DNA of 63,894 nt, counting the filler, from Octopus bimaculoides (lineage: Eukaryota), in assembly GCF_001194135.2 (NCBI RefSeq). It is 4 parts of 4 records of this genome, joined end to end, with 100 filler letters (N's around TTAATTAATTAA, not from the genome) between each part and the next. Parts side by side here need not be neighbours in the genome. Positions count along the whole stretch, not along the records: positions 27,992 to 54,763 come from NC_068982.1; 3 more parts are not named here. One strand, 5' to 3'. The notes under the pieces are model-generated. The model was not told where the DNA came from and did no database searches. It saw nothing but the letters and a program-made list of their open reading frames with translations. A program made the position numbers and the translations under genes. How positions within the stretch are numbered: position 1 is the first letter of the stretch; each line of letters begins with the position of its first letter. Positions 39,084-52,607 of this stretch are shown here, in pieces.

Positions 39084-39402
39084 CAGCACAGCTTACTCGT
39101 GAGATTAACGTCCAAGTGGCTGAGCATTCCACAGACTCGTGTACCCTTTAACGTAGTTCTCGGGGAGATTCAGCGTGACAAGGCTGGCCCTTTGAAATAC
39201 AGGTAGAACAGAAACAGGAAGAAAGAGTGAAAGAAAGTTTGTGAAAGTGTACAACAGGGTACACCCCCCCCCCGCTGCCGGAGCCTCGTGGACCTTTAGG
39301 TATTTTCGCTCAAAAAACACTCACAACGCCCGGTCTGGGAATCGAAACTGCGATCGTATGACCGCGGGTCTGCTGCTCTATCCACTGGGCCATTGCGCCT
39401 CC
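39084..39402 (-). mobile_element. SINE family B variant
   Basis: Reverse complement of the copy at 47197. Confidence 0.85.
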
Positions 39403-39539
39403 ACAAAGGCATGAATATGCCATGGCACAAGAGAGAGAGAGAGGGCGGGAGGGGGTTGAGAGAAGGGGAGAATTTAATGAAAATAACACAATAAGAAATG
39501 AAACTCATTTGATTTAAATCTCAAATAGGATCTACTTGT

Positions 39540-39692
39540 TCCTTTTCTACTCTAGGCACAAGGCCCGAAATTTCCGGGGAGGTGGGCCAGTCGATTAGAT
39601 CAACCCCAGTACACAAATGGTACTTAATTTATCGACCTCGAAACGATGAAAAGCAAAGTTGACCTCGGCGGAATTTAAACTCAGAACGTAAA
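39540..39692 (-). mobile_element. SINE family C, 3' part
   Basis: TTCTACTCTAGGCACAAGGCCCG..GACCTCGGCGGAATTTAAACTCAGAAC. Confidence 0.85.
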
Positions 39693-39970
39693 AGGATCTA
39701 CTTATTTCTGATACATATGTGTATTTAGTCTAGAAGACGTCTATGGCACTGAAAAATCCCATAAACAAAACAACACTTTTCAATTTATAATCTCTTAAAC
39801 CAGTGACCATAGAATTGCTAAACGAATCGATAGTATCACGCAGAAAAATATACTATAACACGATGTGGAAAACTTATAAGTAATCTTGTTTCCGTTGTGC
39901 TTGTAACCGTGTTTTACGGGTAAGTTGAATCTGTTTTGTATGAGAGTTTGTTGGTAAATTATTAAATATG

Positions 39971-40195
39971 CAGGGTGTTCAAAAATCTCTCCCCAGTGAA
40001 TTTTTTTCATCCTGTTTTTCATCAGAACATGTGTAGAAGAGTCAACTTACGTATTGAAAATGAAGTACGACACTCATAAATTCTTTTTTTAAGTCTTGTA
40101 AAGTCTAATATATTCTTTTGTAGTCTTATACGATCTTATAAATATTTATTTTGCAATAAAATACTTACTGCGGAGAGATTTTTTTGAACACCCTG
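39971..40195. mobile_element. Tc1/mariner-derived MITE
   Basis: TIRs CAGGGTGTTCAAAAATCTCTCCCCAGT and ACTGCGGAGAGATTTTTTTGAACACCCTG; TA on the right, TG on the left. Confidence 0.85.
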
Positions 40196-40995
40196 TATTG
40201 AAGATCGAAGTGTAGTTGTACGGCACATATGAAGTGTAAAAAAAGACACACACACACACACACACACGCTCACAGAAATACACACATATACACAAACATA
40301 TGTTTACATATATAAATGTGCGTATATAGTTGTGTGTGTGTGCGTATGTATGTGCATGTGAGATATATACTAGGCATCAGGAAGTATTGACTTATGGCAT
40401 TATAGAAAGCGAATAAGAAGTCATAGCCAAGCAGAAAATATTGTATAGTTTACTGTTTTGAATATTTTAAATCCTAAGTAATAAAACAAACTGTTCATAT
40501 CAGAGCTTAGGGTACGTAATCTCCGATCGAACTCTGGTGATCGCGTCTTCCAGCGTTCATTTCAAGAGCAAGGCTGCTGGCCAAATTTTTCAAAAAGATT
40601 CCATCGTTTTGTTTACAGAGATGTTTATATTACAATTGAACAAATATTTAATAATTACCTTGAAACATGGGTTGAAAGTGAAATGTATCATGAATGTATG
40701 ATATGAAACAATTAGTCGCATTGTCTTGTCTAGTTTATAGAAAGAAGGGGAAGTAAATAAAACAGTTTGACTGGTTTAAATAGCTTTGTATTTTAAGTTT
40801 TCGACATGAAAATGCCTTTTCCAAAAGTCTTTAGTCTCTGTTCGTATTACATTGATAAACAATGATTCTAGATGACTCACATACTTCAATTACGTATTTC
40901 GTATACATGAAACTGCTTTTTTCAGATAATTATTAACAATTTGTTTTATTCAACTACTAATATATTTAACACAAAGTGTGTGTGTGTGTGTATTA

Positions 40996-41029
<34 letters not shown>

Positions 41030-42039
41030 CATATATCTATACACACACACACACACACGTAAATGTCGAACGGTAAAAATGAGTACTGTATACACGCAGG
41101 TACTTACTAATATAGACAGTTATGCATACACATACACATATATTTAATGTGAGTGTATATAAACTCTATGTGGTACATAACTTTACCTCATACATATGAA
41201 TATACATTTATATGTATATCACTTGAATGCACACACTTACAGTACACACACGAATAGACAAACGCACATATATTACATTACGTATATCCATTTATGTCTG
41301 TATATCTATGCCATGTTATACATACACTCTCAGGTACACACTTACATAAATATACGTCAGTCTACTTGCGTTTCTGACGAAATGGAAACTAGTAATTTAG
41401 TTGTTTTTCAATTTGTCTACATAGTTGCAAAAATTTCCCAGTGGATTCATTATCTTAATTATTTCGTCTGTAGAGTTTCACTTTGAAGTTAAAACAATAT
41501 TAATATCAACTGGGACATTATTTGTTTTTAATCTTTACGAAACGAAAAGCAGCAGCTGTTGGGTTACTTACCGAGATAGTGAAGATATTCTTTGTAATTG
41601 TGACTTCACTAAACACAAACAAAAATCACACAATCATTAAATGACCGTACCAAAATTACGAATCACAAAACACTTTCGTCCGAATATTCTTAGTAAATGT
41701 TTTGTTTGCAATTATGGAGCAGTGAACCATTCTGTGTGAAAGTATGAATACGTCACATGTGAGTGTGTGAAGAGAAACCAATCATTATTGGGTGTCGTTA
41801 AGTAATTTAAAGGTGCTGGTAATGTAGCTGAAATTGTAGAGATGTGAATAAAACGTTTTGGAGCATGTAATTCTCGCTCGTTATATTCTCAATTCACATT
41901 ATTTCCCCAGAAAGTTTTTTTAATATCTTTTTTAATCATAGACAATGCTTGAAACATTAAATAAATTTTCAGATATTAAACTTCTTAAAATTACCTTCTC
42001 ATTAACTCCTGTTGAATTTGTGCGATTCCCGGATTGGCA

Positions 42040-42312
42040 ATCACGAGAGAAAAAGGAATGATAGCATCAGTGTGAAGTCTATTCAAATCCAATCACTATT
42101 CCTGTCAAAAACAAAAATCTCCATGGCATCACATCCTTCTTGATACGACCAACACTTCTCTAGAGCTCAGCAGACTCAGTCTCTTCGAATGCAGAGCTTC
42201 ACCATCTCCGAGGATTTCAATTGGCTAAGTCACTTCACTAGTATTGCTTCGATCATACAACAATAACTCAGTAACAAGCTCGTATCTTTCTTTTTTTATT
42301 TCTTTCTTTCTC

Positions 42313-42360
<48 letters not shown>

Positions 42361-42490
42361 TATTTCTTTCTTTCTTTATTTCTTTCTTTCTTTCTTTCTT
42401 TCTTTCTGCCAGTGAACAGCTACTGAGAATCTACACGATTCAGATAAGGCCCTCAATCGAGTGTTTCTCCTACATCTAAGATTCACCGAC
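42040..42490 (+). mobile_element. Decayed L2/CR1-group LINE RT C-terminal fragment split by (CTTT)n
   Basis: LRMQSFTISEDFNWLSHFTSIA before the microsatellite (about 42285-42405) and EQLLRIYTIQIRPSIECFSYI after it. Confidence 0.65.
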
Positions 42491-42576
42491 ATTCTGGACC
42501 ATAGGTGTTGGATTTATATTCTTCCAACATGTCTTAGACAAAGTAAACTATCTTCAGATTGATTTCTTGACCATAC

Positions 42577-42985
42577 GCGTAGGAGTGGCTGTGCGGTAAG
42601 TAGCTTGCTTACCAACCACGTGGTCCCGGGTTCAGTCCCACTGCGTGGCACCTTGGGCAAATGTCTTCTACTATAGCCTCGGGCCGACCAAAGCCTTGTG
42701 AGTGGATTTGGTAGACAGAAACTGAAAGAAGCCCGTCGTATATATGTATATATGTGTGTGTGTGTATATGTTTGTGTGTCTGTGTTTGTCCCCTCCCCCA
42801 ACATCGCTTGATAACCGATGCTGGTGTGTTTACGTCCCCGTAACTTAGTGGTTCGGCAATAGAGACCGATAGAATAGGTACTAGGCTTACAAAGAATAAG
42901 TCCTGGGGTCGATTTGCTCGACCAAAGGCTGTGCTCCAGCATGGCCACAATCAAATGACTGAAACAAGTAAAGGAGTAAAGAGAG
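42577..42985 (+). mobile_element. SINE family A, full length
   Basis: Head GCGTAGGAGTGGCTGTGCGGTAAG..CCGGGTTCAGTCCC, internal (TA/TG)n tract and tail GACTGAAACAAGTAAAGGAGTAAAGAG. Confidence 0.92.
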
Positions 42986-43879
42986 TATACGATTACCAAG
43001 GGCTAAATTCATTCGTTGTCTTCTCAGCTTACTTTCTATGGAAATATTTGGTGTATTCTGGAATCTGCATCGGCTTGAGGAACGTTAAAGATATAAGCAA
43101 CAGACGGAAAGAATAATAATAATGATGTGAGACACATAGGAGTTTAAAAAAGTAATTTAATGAAATAAGAAACAAAGAATGGTGAGAGTCCAACGTTTCG
43201 GATAATGATACTTTGCCAACGAAAACAAATGGCTGGAAATTCTGTGGAAGCAGTAAGCTGCAAATCTAATTTCTCTTTCACTGACTTACTCCCTGATATA
43301 CCTGTTCACTGACACAATCATATATACAATATCGTACTACTAGCACACAAAATCACTATTTGAATTTACAGATATAATTTTGGACGGAATTAGAATCTAT
43401 GTGGAAAGTATGTTCTTGCATAGTATCAATTGTATTTTTAACAAGTTCTATGTTAACCGATTTTAAAAAACTGTTGGCAATTTACAGCCATTTTGTGTGC
43501 GTGTATGTGTGTGTGTATGTATGTGTATGTGTGTGTGTCTGCGTTGCATGTATTAGCTAAGGGAATGTTGTTTCTTTTTTCATATTTTTCCTGACTTAAA
43601 TATGATTGTTTATAACAAGTTTGTCGGAAATAGAAGTATTTTTTGTGTAGAGAAGCTGGCTATTTTGTAATAAATATAGTTGTAGATATTCTTAAGTATG
43701 TTTTTTATTCTCCAAATATTGAAATTGTAAAATAATAAGAAAATGTTGAAAATGAAAACTGCGAAGCAAAAATAAAAAAAAATAAAAAAAGAAGAAATAA
43801 GCTTGTAGGAAAGGAAGAAGTAAAGAAAGAATTGAAGTCATTCATTTCGATTAGCATTAAAGGAATTCTTTGATTTTTC

Positions 43880-44105
43880 ATTCGTTACAAACACCGACTA
43901 AAAGTAGAAAATTATGACGGGAAAAATTACATTTCGAATACAGCAACATTATTATCAGATAGAAGCAAACCAATGGAGGAGTCACAGGCCTACAACGGAG
44001 TTTGCGTACAGTTACTTGACTTGCTAAAACCAAGCAGTCAAATCTCCCCCAGATCTCAACCTTCTCTCTTATAAGTGGCAGCCACACTGCATACTATGTA
44101 ACATG
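43880..44105 (+). mobile_element. Decayed Tc1/mariner transposase fragment
   Basis: Frame reading ...QISPDLNLLSYKW resembles the SPDLNP.DY..W motif. Confidence 0.4.
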
Positions 44106-46435
44106 GCATGAAGGCATACTGCCAGGGATAAAAGAACAAACCTGAAAAAATACAGGAAGTTATACCTTCGATCATACGTTTGTTCAGTCATGTTTGAAAT
44201 GGTGCTAAACAACATCAGATATGTGATAATGATGGGTTTTCCGTCGATCTCGACGGTGAGTGTTTATGTATTCGACCTCTGCATGATATTGAACAGTCGT
44301 GTGTTTGTATTTAACAGATAGGTGTACCTCGCACTCAGTTCTGAGACTAATTTAGATGGACATAATGTGACAAGACTGGGCCTTTTGAGTTCCAAATACA
44401 GAACGAGAAATAATCGAATCTAGTATATGACTGGTAGTTTTTCGGCTCCAAACGAATGAAAGGCAAAGCTGACATCGGAGAAATCTGAACTTAGAACATT
44501 GAGAGTTAAAGAGAATAACAAACGATTGGCTATCCGAAGATTCTAAGGGTTCTTCAAATTCATTGCATTATCAAGTATGAGCTCTAAACCCTGATGCATA
44601 CGGGTATGGAAGATGAGTAGAGAACGACTGACACCAACGCAGCAGCATGTATTCTATAGAGAAGACGTGGACGGAAGAGGAAAGCGGATCATTTGGGTGG
44701 GTCGTGGAATGGAACAGCTTGAAGTTTTCGAGGAGCTTAAAGGTTGATGCCAATGATCTTACATTGAAAAGATTGATGCCGATGATCTTACATTGAAAAC
44801 TGCGACATTTTGTTTGCATTATTAGGGGCCTATGACTAATGAGACTGCATCGTTGGAGGCTGAGAAGATGTGAAACAGTTTCACGGGGAACAATAACGAA
44901 GACGGGACAATGATATCAAGAACAGGCCGGTGTGGAGCCTGGTGAAATGAATTGCAAGGAGTGGAGGCTGTATCTGAGACTTCCAAGCCTCAAACATAAG
45001 CACAGGTATACCCACACATTCATCATTCATCGAATATTAATTTCTAATTTTGTGGCAAGTTCACAATAGTAATAGAATTGAATCTACGTCTATGTCTGGA
45101 GTCCAGCATTCCAATACAAGAAGGATTATTTGTGTATTGGCGCAGGTATGTTCGTATGATTAAGAAATTCTCTTTGTACCGCTTCTAGAATAAGTGTCTT
45201 CTATCGAGTGTGGGTGAAATTAGATCGACAGAAAGGAATTCTAAAACTGTCGTAAATATTGTATCTGACCTCGAGTGAAAGGCAGTGTAACAATATTACC
45301 TGGAACTTGCTTACTTTTTGCCGAATCAGTTCTGCTCGAAACATTCAGCCAAGTCTTCTGGATTTAGGATAACACAAAAGTTGTGATTTATTCCTATGAT
45401 TTTAGATCATCCATCTCGGCGGCTTTATAAAAAATAGTCATGATTGCTGCCTTTCAATTTCTGCCTAAGCCGTAAAAAAAGTTTTTGAAAATGGAAGTGC
45501 GAATTTAATTAACGGAATTCTCGAATAGCTTTCATCATCATGATGCTCTCTTGGAACAGCTCTTCTCCTATTACAGTGAGTCAGATTAATTGTAAAAATC
45601 TGGATTTATTGCAACATATTCCGAACGTAGATTACATCAATTAAATTTAACACTGTTTCTCCCGAGATCAGGAAAGATGTGCTCGCCAAAATTACACCTT
45701 CGCTTTCAACTGTTTCTCGATCAGTTATATTTTAATTTTGTTTGGATGCATTCAACATACCTAAATACGCCAATCAGGTAGATAGTATATCGACGAAAAT
45801 ATGAGTTCTAAGAGAGCCATAAAATGGTTGAAAAATGTACCACTTTTGAAACAACAAAAACAGGAGTACTATTAAAGTTTTTTTAGGTACGTGGTACTTC
45901 GTTATAGAAACACAATAGACAATAAAGTATACTCAATGTTTTCATAAGTTGGTACCACGTTCTATTGCGTCAGTAGTGCTCTTAAATTATTTTGTTAAAG
46001 TCATTTCTATAGATATTCTTCGATCACATTGTCTGTTTACATCTGACGTCTCGATACGAAACGTTGTAGCAAAAATCAGAGCTGGTTATAAATTCTATAG
46101 AATATCTTCAGCATATATTTCTTCGCAACCCCAAAATACCAAATGTTCAAGTCAAACTGAGAACCCCCATATAATTGATCGACCTGCTAGATATAATAGC
46201 TAAACAAACCGTCAGTATATAGCCTACAACTGGAAAAGAGAGAGAGAGAAGGAGAGAAAGATTGCGTAACCAAGTTGAAATGCGGGATACTGAAAAGGTT
46301 TGGGTAGTCGTAGATGGGACCTCTTTACTCAGCCACGCCCGACCTGCGGCTAAACAACAAAATAATCCAAATCGTTTGTACAAAAGCAGTCAAGTACATC
46401 AACATCAATGTCAAAATCAAATGAAATGAAAATAG

Positions 46436-46780
46436 TAGTTGTGATCCCCGTGCCGATGGCACGTAAAAAGCACCATCCGAACGTGGCCGATGCCAGTGCC
46501 GCCTTGATTGGTTTCCGTGCCCGTGGCACGTAAAAAGCACCATCCGATCGTGGTCGATGCCAGCTCCTTTGGCCTCTGTGCCGGTGGTGCGTAAGAATCA
46601 CCCACTACACTCTAGGAGTGGTTGGCTTTAGGAATGGCACCCAGCTGTAGAAACACTGCCAGATCAGATTGGGGCCTGGTGCAGCCTCCTGGCTTCTCAG
46701 ACCCCAGTCGAACCGTCCAATCCATGCCAGTATGGAAAACGGACATTAAAGGATGATGATGATGAAGATGATGATGATGA
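46436..46780 (+). mobile_element. SINE family D with internal 67-bp duplication and (GAT)n tail
   Basis: GGCACGTAAAAAGCACCATCCGA twice, then GGAGTGGTTGGC.TTAGGAA.GGCA.CCAGCTGTAGAAAC and CCATGCCAGTATGGAAAACGGACATTAAAGGATGATG. Confidence 0.8.
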
Positions 46781-47196
46781 TGATATATATAGTAAATCCA
46801 AAAAGAAGAACAAACACAAAAAAAAACAACGCGAGGACGTGGTACATGCAATGTATTAGCAGACGCTCAGAGAAGGAAAGGAAGATGGTTTCACGTTTCG
46901 AGCAGATGCTCTTCTTCGGAAATAGAGGAAAGTCCAATAGAAAGGAAGATGGAGGAAGAAAATCGCTAACGATTCAAGTGTGGTTACATATTGAAATGAC
47001 CGGAAGGGAATGGGTGAAGAAAAAGTTCTTTCTAAGATAAGAGAGTGTAAGAGAAGGAGGTATGTGTGTGTATGTGTGGTTATGTGCGTGCATGTGCGTG
47101 CGGGCGTAAGTGTGCGTGTATGTGCGTGTGTGTATATGCCCATGGATGTGCAATTGCGTGCGTGTATTCATGAGTGTGTGTTGTGTGTGGGAGAGT

Positions 47197-47572
47197 GGAG
47201 TCGCAATGGCCCAGTGGTTAGGGCAGCGGACTCGCGGTCATAGGATCGCGGTTTCGATTCCCAGACCGGGCGTTGTGAGTGTTTATTGAGCGAAAACACC
47301 TAAAGCTCCACGAGGCTCCAGCAGGGGATGGTGGTGAACCCTGCTGTACTCTTTCACCACAACTTTCTCTCACTCTTACTTCCTGTTTCTGTTGTGCTTG
47401 TAATTGAAAGGGTCAGCCTTGTCACACTGTGTCACGTTGAATATCCCCGAAAAATACGTTAAGGGTACACGTGTCTGTGGAGTACTCAGCCAGTCGCACG
47501 TTAGTTTCATGAGCAGGCTGTTCCGTTGATCAGATCAACAGGAACCCTCGACATCGTAAGCGACGGAGTGCC
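47197..47572 (+). mobile_element. SINE family B variant, full length
   Basis: A-box TGGCCCAGTGG, B-box GTTTCGATTCC; shares body and tail with the copy at 35860. Confidence 0.9.
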
Positions 47573-47579
47573 AACAATA

Positions 47580-48410
47580 ACAATGTGTGGGAGGAATGTG
47601 TGAGTTCATATGCATGTGCGTGTGTGTGATATGTGTGCGTGTGAGTGTATGTTCGTGTGTAGATGTGTGTGTATGTGTGCGCGTGAGTACATGTGTGTGT
47701 ATCTGTGAGTGTGATCGAGGGGTTGTGGAGGTATATGCGTTTTTATGCACTTTTGTGTGTGTATGTAGGTGCGTATAGTTGTTAGTACGTGTGTGGGTGC
47801 ATATGTGTGTGTGTATGTGCTCGTGTGTGTATGTGTGTGAGGGGGTTGTGTGTGTTAAGTATGTGTGCATTCCTGTGCGTGTGTGAACGTGCGTCTGTGT
47901 GTGCGCTTATGTGTAAGTGCGTAGGTATGTGTGTGTATACGTGTGTGCCTGTGTGTGCGTATATGTCTGTATGTGTGTACATGTATGCATATGTTGTGTG
48001 TGTGTGTGTGCATGTGTGTGTTTGTCTGTATGTGTCTGTGTATGTGTATGTATGTGTGTGTATGTGTTTGTGCGTGGGGTTGTGTATAGGGTTGTGTGTG
48101 GGGTTGTGTGTGTGGAGTATATGTGCGTTTCTCTGTGTGCATGTGTGTCTGTGTGCATGCGTGTCTGTGTGTGCATGCGTGTCTGTGTGTGCATGCATGT
48201 CTGTGTGTGCATGCGTGTCTGTGCGTGCATGCGTGTCTGTGTGTGCGTGTGTGCGTGTGTATGTGCGTGTGTGTATATATACCCATGTATGTGTAATTGT
48301 GTGCGTGTCTATATGAGTGGTTTTTGTGTGTCTGGGAGGTATGTGTACGTGCGTGTGAATGTATGTGTGTGTGCACCTATTCGCACACACACACACACAC
48401 ACACACACAC
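47580..48410. repeat. Cryptic (TG)n-derived low-complexity tract including an 18-bp unit (GTGCATGCGTGTCTGTGT)
   Basis: Read directly from the sequence; the 18-bp unit is clearest at 48140-48245. Confidence 0.85.
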
Positions 48411-49633
48411 GTATAATTGTTTGAAATCATCTTTGTGACAATTATATACGTAAGTTTTAACTACAGATCTAATTGCAGTCCCAAAATGCAACAGTTACAA
48501 CGGACCCAGCGCCTATAATCGCTGGCTAGTATCTCACAAATTACAAAGAATGTACAGGAAACGTCTGGTAAACATAGCACAGGAACAGCAGAAAGTAGGC
48601 ATGACTATAGCATTGATTTCGCTTTTAAAAGAAAGTATACATAAACTCATCAATTGCGTCCTGATAACAAATATAAAGACAACATACTCCTTTACTATCC
48701 CAACACGTCTGGAACATAAAATGAGAATATTTCAATAGTCATACTGTAGAATTGAAACCACAATATCATGTGCTAGAGCATCGTATATATAACATCCTTT
48801 GCTTGGCAAGATAACCGACATTCGCAAAAAAAAAAAAAAAAATTGAGACACATAACTGAAGAGAAGTGGTTGGATAGTAATAAATGGATAAATGGCTGGC
48901 TGCTGAACAGAAATAACTTGTGGTATTAGTGAACGTTTCTTTAGAAACAAAATCGAATCACGCCAGGATATATTTCTTCATTCATGCCATTAAGGTCAAT
49001 AGGATAAATACTAGATGCGTATTTGCGTCGATGGAATTAACAGCGCCTAGCTACCAACGTAGTATGTGCCCTCTAAGCGAAAGGAAAAAAATACATTAGT
49101 ATTTTCTTCGCCAACAAACATAATTCTAAATAATCTGTAATACATTGGTTTCGTTTAATACATTTTAATAGATATTCTTCAAATTGCTTGCAAGCATGTC
49201 TTATTTTACTCCTCCTCGTTTATCATTTATTGATACTTTTCATTCCTCTATTTTGAGGATGATTTCATGTATTTACTGCGTTTAACAAATTCGAATATGA
49301 ATTTAGTCGATGCGGGAAACCAATTCTATTAAGGTTATTAAATACAAAATATTACTATCGATATCGTATAACTGGATATCAGATATATATCCAAGGGCGA
49401 ATATTTACTAAATCATTTTAGAGTCCATATATGTGTTAAATTGCTTCGAAATGAAAGATGAACGTTGGAATGAATTTGGAAAAGAAAAAAAAAACACAAG
49501 TACACGAGCAATAACTCTAGAAATACATAAATAAGTGAAAAAAAAACTGGTACTGTTCGAATTTTAATCGTCTTACATTTTATATTAAATTCTTAAAATA
49601 TTCCATATCAATTACCTACAAAAATACATCACA

Positions 49634-49673
<40 letters not shown>

Positions 49674-50113
49674 NNNNNNNNNNNNNNNNNNNNNNNNNNN
49701 NNNNNNNNNNNNNNNNNNNNNNNNNNNNNNNNNNNNNNNNNNNNNNNNNNNNNNNNNNNNNNNNNNNNNNNNNNNNNNNNNNNNNNNNNNNNNNNNNNNN
49801 NNNNNNNNNNNNNNNNNNNNNNNNNNNNNNNNNNNNNNNNNNNNNNNNNNNNNNNNNNNNNNNNNNNNNNNNNNNNNNNNNNNNNNNNNNNNNNNNNNNN
49901 NNNNNNNNNNNNNNNNNNNNNNNNNNNNNNNNNNNNNNNNNNNNNNNNNNNNNNNNNNNNNNNNNNNNNNNNNNNNNNNNNNNNNNNNNNNNNNNNNNNN
50001 NNNNNNNNNNNNNNNNNNNNNNNNNNNNNNNNNNNNNNNNNNNNNNNNNNNNNNNNNNNNNNNNNNNNNNNNNNNNNNNNNNNNNNNNNNNNNNNNNNNN
50101 NNNNNNNNNNNNN

Positions 50114-50440
50114 CTCTTATTCTTTTACTGGTTTCAGCCAGAGTCTGGGGTCCTGCTGGAGCACTGCTTTTCGGTATTTTAGTGTACTGTTTTCGGAAGC
50201 AAGTTGGACAAACCTGCTCTTCTTTGCGTCCCCTGAGATTTCAGATGTAAGTTTGTCCAACTGCTTTTTGGACGTTTGCAAACCTTTACCTTGCAGATCT
50301 CGTAGGTCCCTTGGCAGGACGTTAAACGGCTGTGGTCCCTTGAAAACCAACCGTTGTAATACTGAGTCCATATCTCACATGAAAAATATGTAATCATTGG
50401 AATTACGTAGTGCCGTCCATTTCTGTGTTTGCTATAGCTT
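50114..50440 (-). mobile_element. CR1-like LINE 3' end, copy 1
   Basis: RNGRHYVIP..., LVFKGPQPFNVLPRDLRDLQG...KKQLDK, followed by the tail GCAGTGCTCCAGCAGG..GGCTGAAACCAGTAAAAGAATAAGAG. Confidence 0.7.
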
Positions 50441-50814
50441 TGAATTCCAAAGCTAGATACTCAATTACAATTTGAATTCCAAAGTTAGAGACTCAATTAG
50501 AATTTGTAGAAAGGACAGTAGGAGAGGAGAATATAAATGTAGAGAGAAAGAAGTATTTATAAAGAAAGAAAAAGAAGAAATATGAGGGAGTGAGAGGAAT
50601 GAGGATTTTAAAGAAGGTCAAATGACCGGTTGAGTGTTTATGCGTGACTGATCATGTTTAGATAGAGAGCCTGATACGAAGGCAAAAGACCGAATCTGCA
50701 ACAACAGTTTGATACTGAATTGCCAAGGCCACGACATCTTAACAGTATATTTATAGCAGGAGACACGGCGGGATAATAATTTACAGCGGCAAGCAAAATT
50801 GAGAACATGGCACG

Positions 50815-50974
50815 GAGCTTGACAAATTCAGAGCTTGTCAAATTCGGTGCTTGTCAAATTTGGAGCTTGTCAAATTCAGAGCTTGTCAAATTCGGAGCTT
50901 GCCAAATTCGGAGCTTGTCAAATTCAGAGCTCGTCAAATTCGGAGCTTGTGAAATTCAGAGCTTGTCAAATTCA
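50815..50974 (+). repeat. 16-bp minisatellite, 10 copies
   Basis: Unit GAGCTTGTCAAATTC(A/G), contiguous and without spacers. Confidence 0.95.
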
Positions 50975-51759
50975 TCTCCTTTGTTCGTTTTATTCGTTTG
51001 TCAATTGTTTTTCTTGCGTAATACTACTAAATTAACACGAGAAACAACAAACGAAAGACTATATGAAACTAAACCAATAGCGGTCTACATTTCAAAATAA
51101 ATATGTTGACCTCACTTTATAGGAACACAGAATTGCAGATGATGATGGAGCAGATGTAGGAGCAATATGGGCTAATATTTCTTTTGAAATGTTGTTGTCC
51201 ATTTAGATCATGCTGCCTGACATCTTGGATAAGTTTCATTTTGTATAGACCTGAGTCGACAGATACAATATGAGTAAAAATGGATAGACGGAAACCATGT
51301 AGGGATCCCTCAAATGGGTGGTGCCTGTAATTCAAAGTTTCAATTTTGTCGCACTGTGTCACGCTGAACTCTCCTGAAAATTATATTAATGCACATATGC
51401 CTGTGGAATACCTAGCCACCTTACATGCTAAGTCAATGAGCCTGGGTTTAATTAAGCGGAAAAGTGAGCAGTAATGTTCGAATTTCTATCCGATGTTCGT
51501 TATCCAGGAGCACTGGCAGAAAACTGACAAAAGCCAAAATATGGTAAGAAATACGATTTTCCATATTAGACGTCACACTAGGTCAGAAAATATGATGGGA
51601 AGAAAAAGCTGATTGCATTGACTCCAGTGAATGAATGGCACATATTTTATAGAAAGTGCTAGAATGAAGTACATAGTCCACATAGGTAGAATCTGAACTC
51701 AAAGCTCAAATCCCGTAACTAAAGACCACAAAATATTTTGTGTAATATATCAATATTAA

Positions 51760-52170
51760 GTATTCTTTTCTACTCTAGGCACAACGCCTAAAATTTTTGT
51801 GGAGGGAGCCAGTCGATTAGATCGACCCAAGTACGCAGCTGGTACTTAATTTATCGACCTCGAAAGGATAAAAGGCAAAGTTAATCTCGGCGGAATTTGA
51901 ACTCAGAACGTAAAAACAGACGAAATACCGCTAAGTATTTCACCCGGCGTGCTAACGTTTCTTATTTCTTTATTGTCCACAAGGGGCTAAACTTAGAGGG
52001 GACATACAAGGACAGACAAAGGGATTAAGTCGATTAGATCGACCCCAGCACGTAACTGGTACTTAATTTATCAACCCCGAAAGGATGAAAGGCAAAGTCG
52101 ACCTCGGCGGAATTTGAACTCAGAACATTTCGCCCGGCGTGCTAACGTTTCCCCCTGTTCGCCGCCTTAA
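51760..52170 (-). mobile_element. Two tandem SINE family C copies (minus strand)
   Basis: Cores at about 51820-51960 and 52030-52145. Confidence 0.9.
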
Positions 52171-52607
52171 TAATAATTCTAGCAATTCTGCGATCAACAT
52201 TCCCTATACTTTTCTACTCTAGGCCCAAGGCGCGAACAACACACTCTATTCTAAAATCAATCTATTAGTCTATTCTGTCGTCCATAAATAGCAATAGAAA
52301 AAACGTATATAAGTATAATGTTCTTTATATTTCTCCATTTTCCTTTTTATGATAACAAATGAAAAGAAGAAGCGAAATAGCTAGTTCTGAAATCTCTATA
52401 AGAGATGCAGGTAGTAACGATACTGGAAAATAATGTTTGTTGCCATTTCACTGGGGCTGTTCCATACAGAACTATGTTACTATTTTTTAACCCCGGGAAA
52501 CATCTTTTCCAGCTAGTTAAGGACACCCAACATGTGTTTGATATATCGCGAGTGAGCAAGCGAGGAGTGGTTCTCTCCTTTACTCGCAATATATCAGGCA
52601 AAGAAGG

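Noticed and set aside
44745-44800. 27-bp tandem duplication reading DANDL/DADDL, like an RT YADD motif
   Set aside because: The flanking frames give no convincing RT motifs, so it is too weak to call.
46043-46068. Hammerhead-like CTGACGT...GAAACGTT (also CTGACGAAG...CGAAAT near 37073)
   Set aside because: A core base is altered and/or stems I and II cannot form; at most these are decayed relics.
47197-47270. tRNA gene calls at SINE heads (also 35860, 42577, 57936)
   Set aside because: A and B boxes are present, but the cloverleaf is incomplete and each head continues into a repeated SINE body.
50815-50974. Possible CRISPR array
   Set aside because: The repeats are contiguous with no unique spacers, the context is eukaryotic and there are no cas genes.
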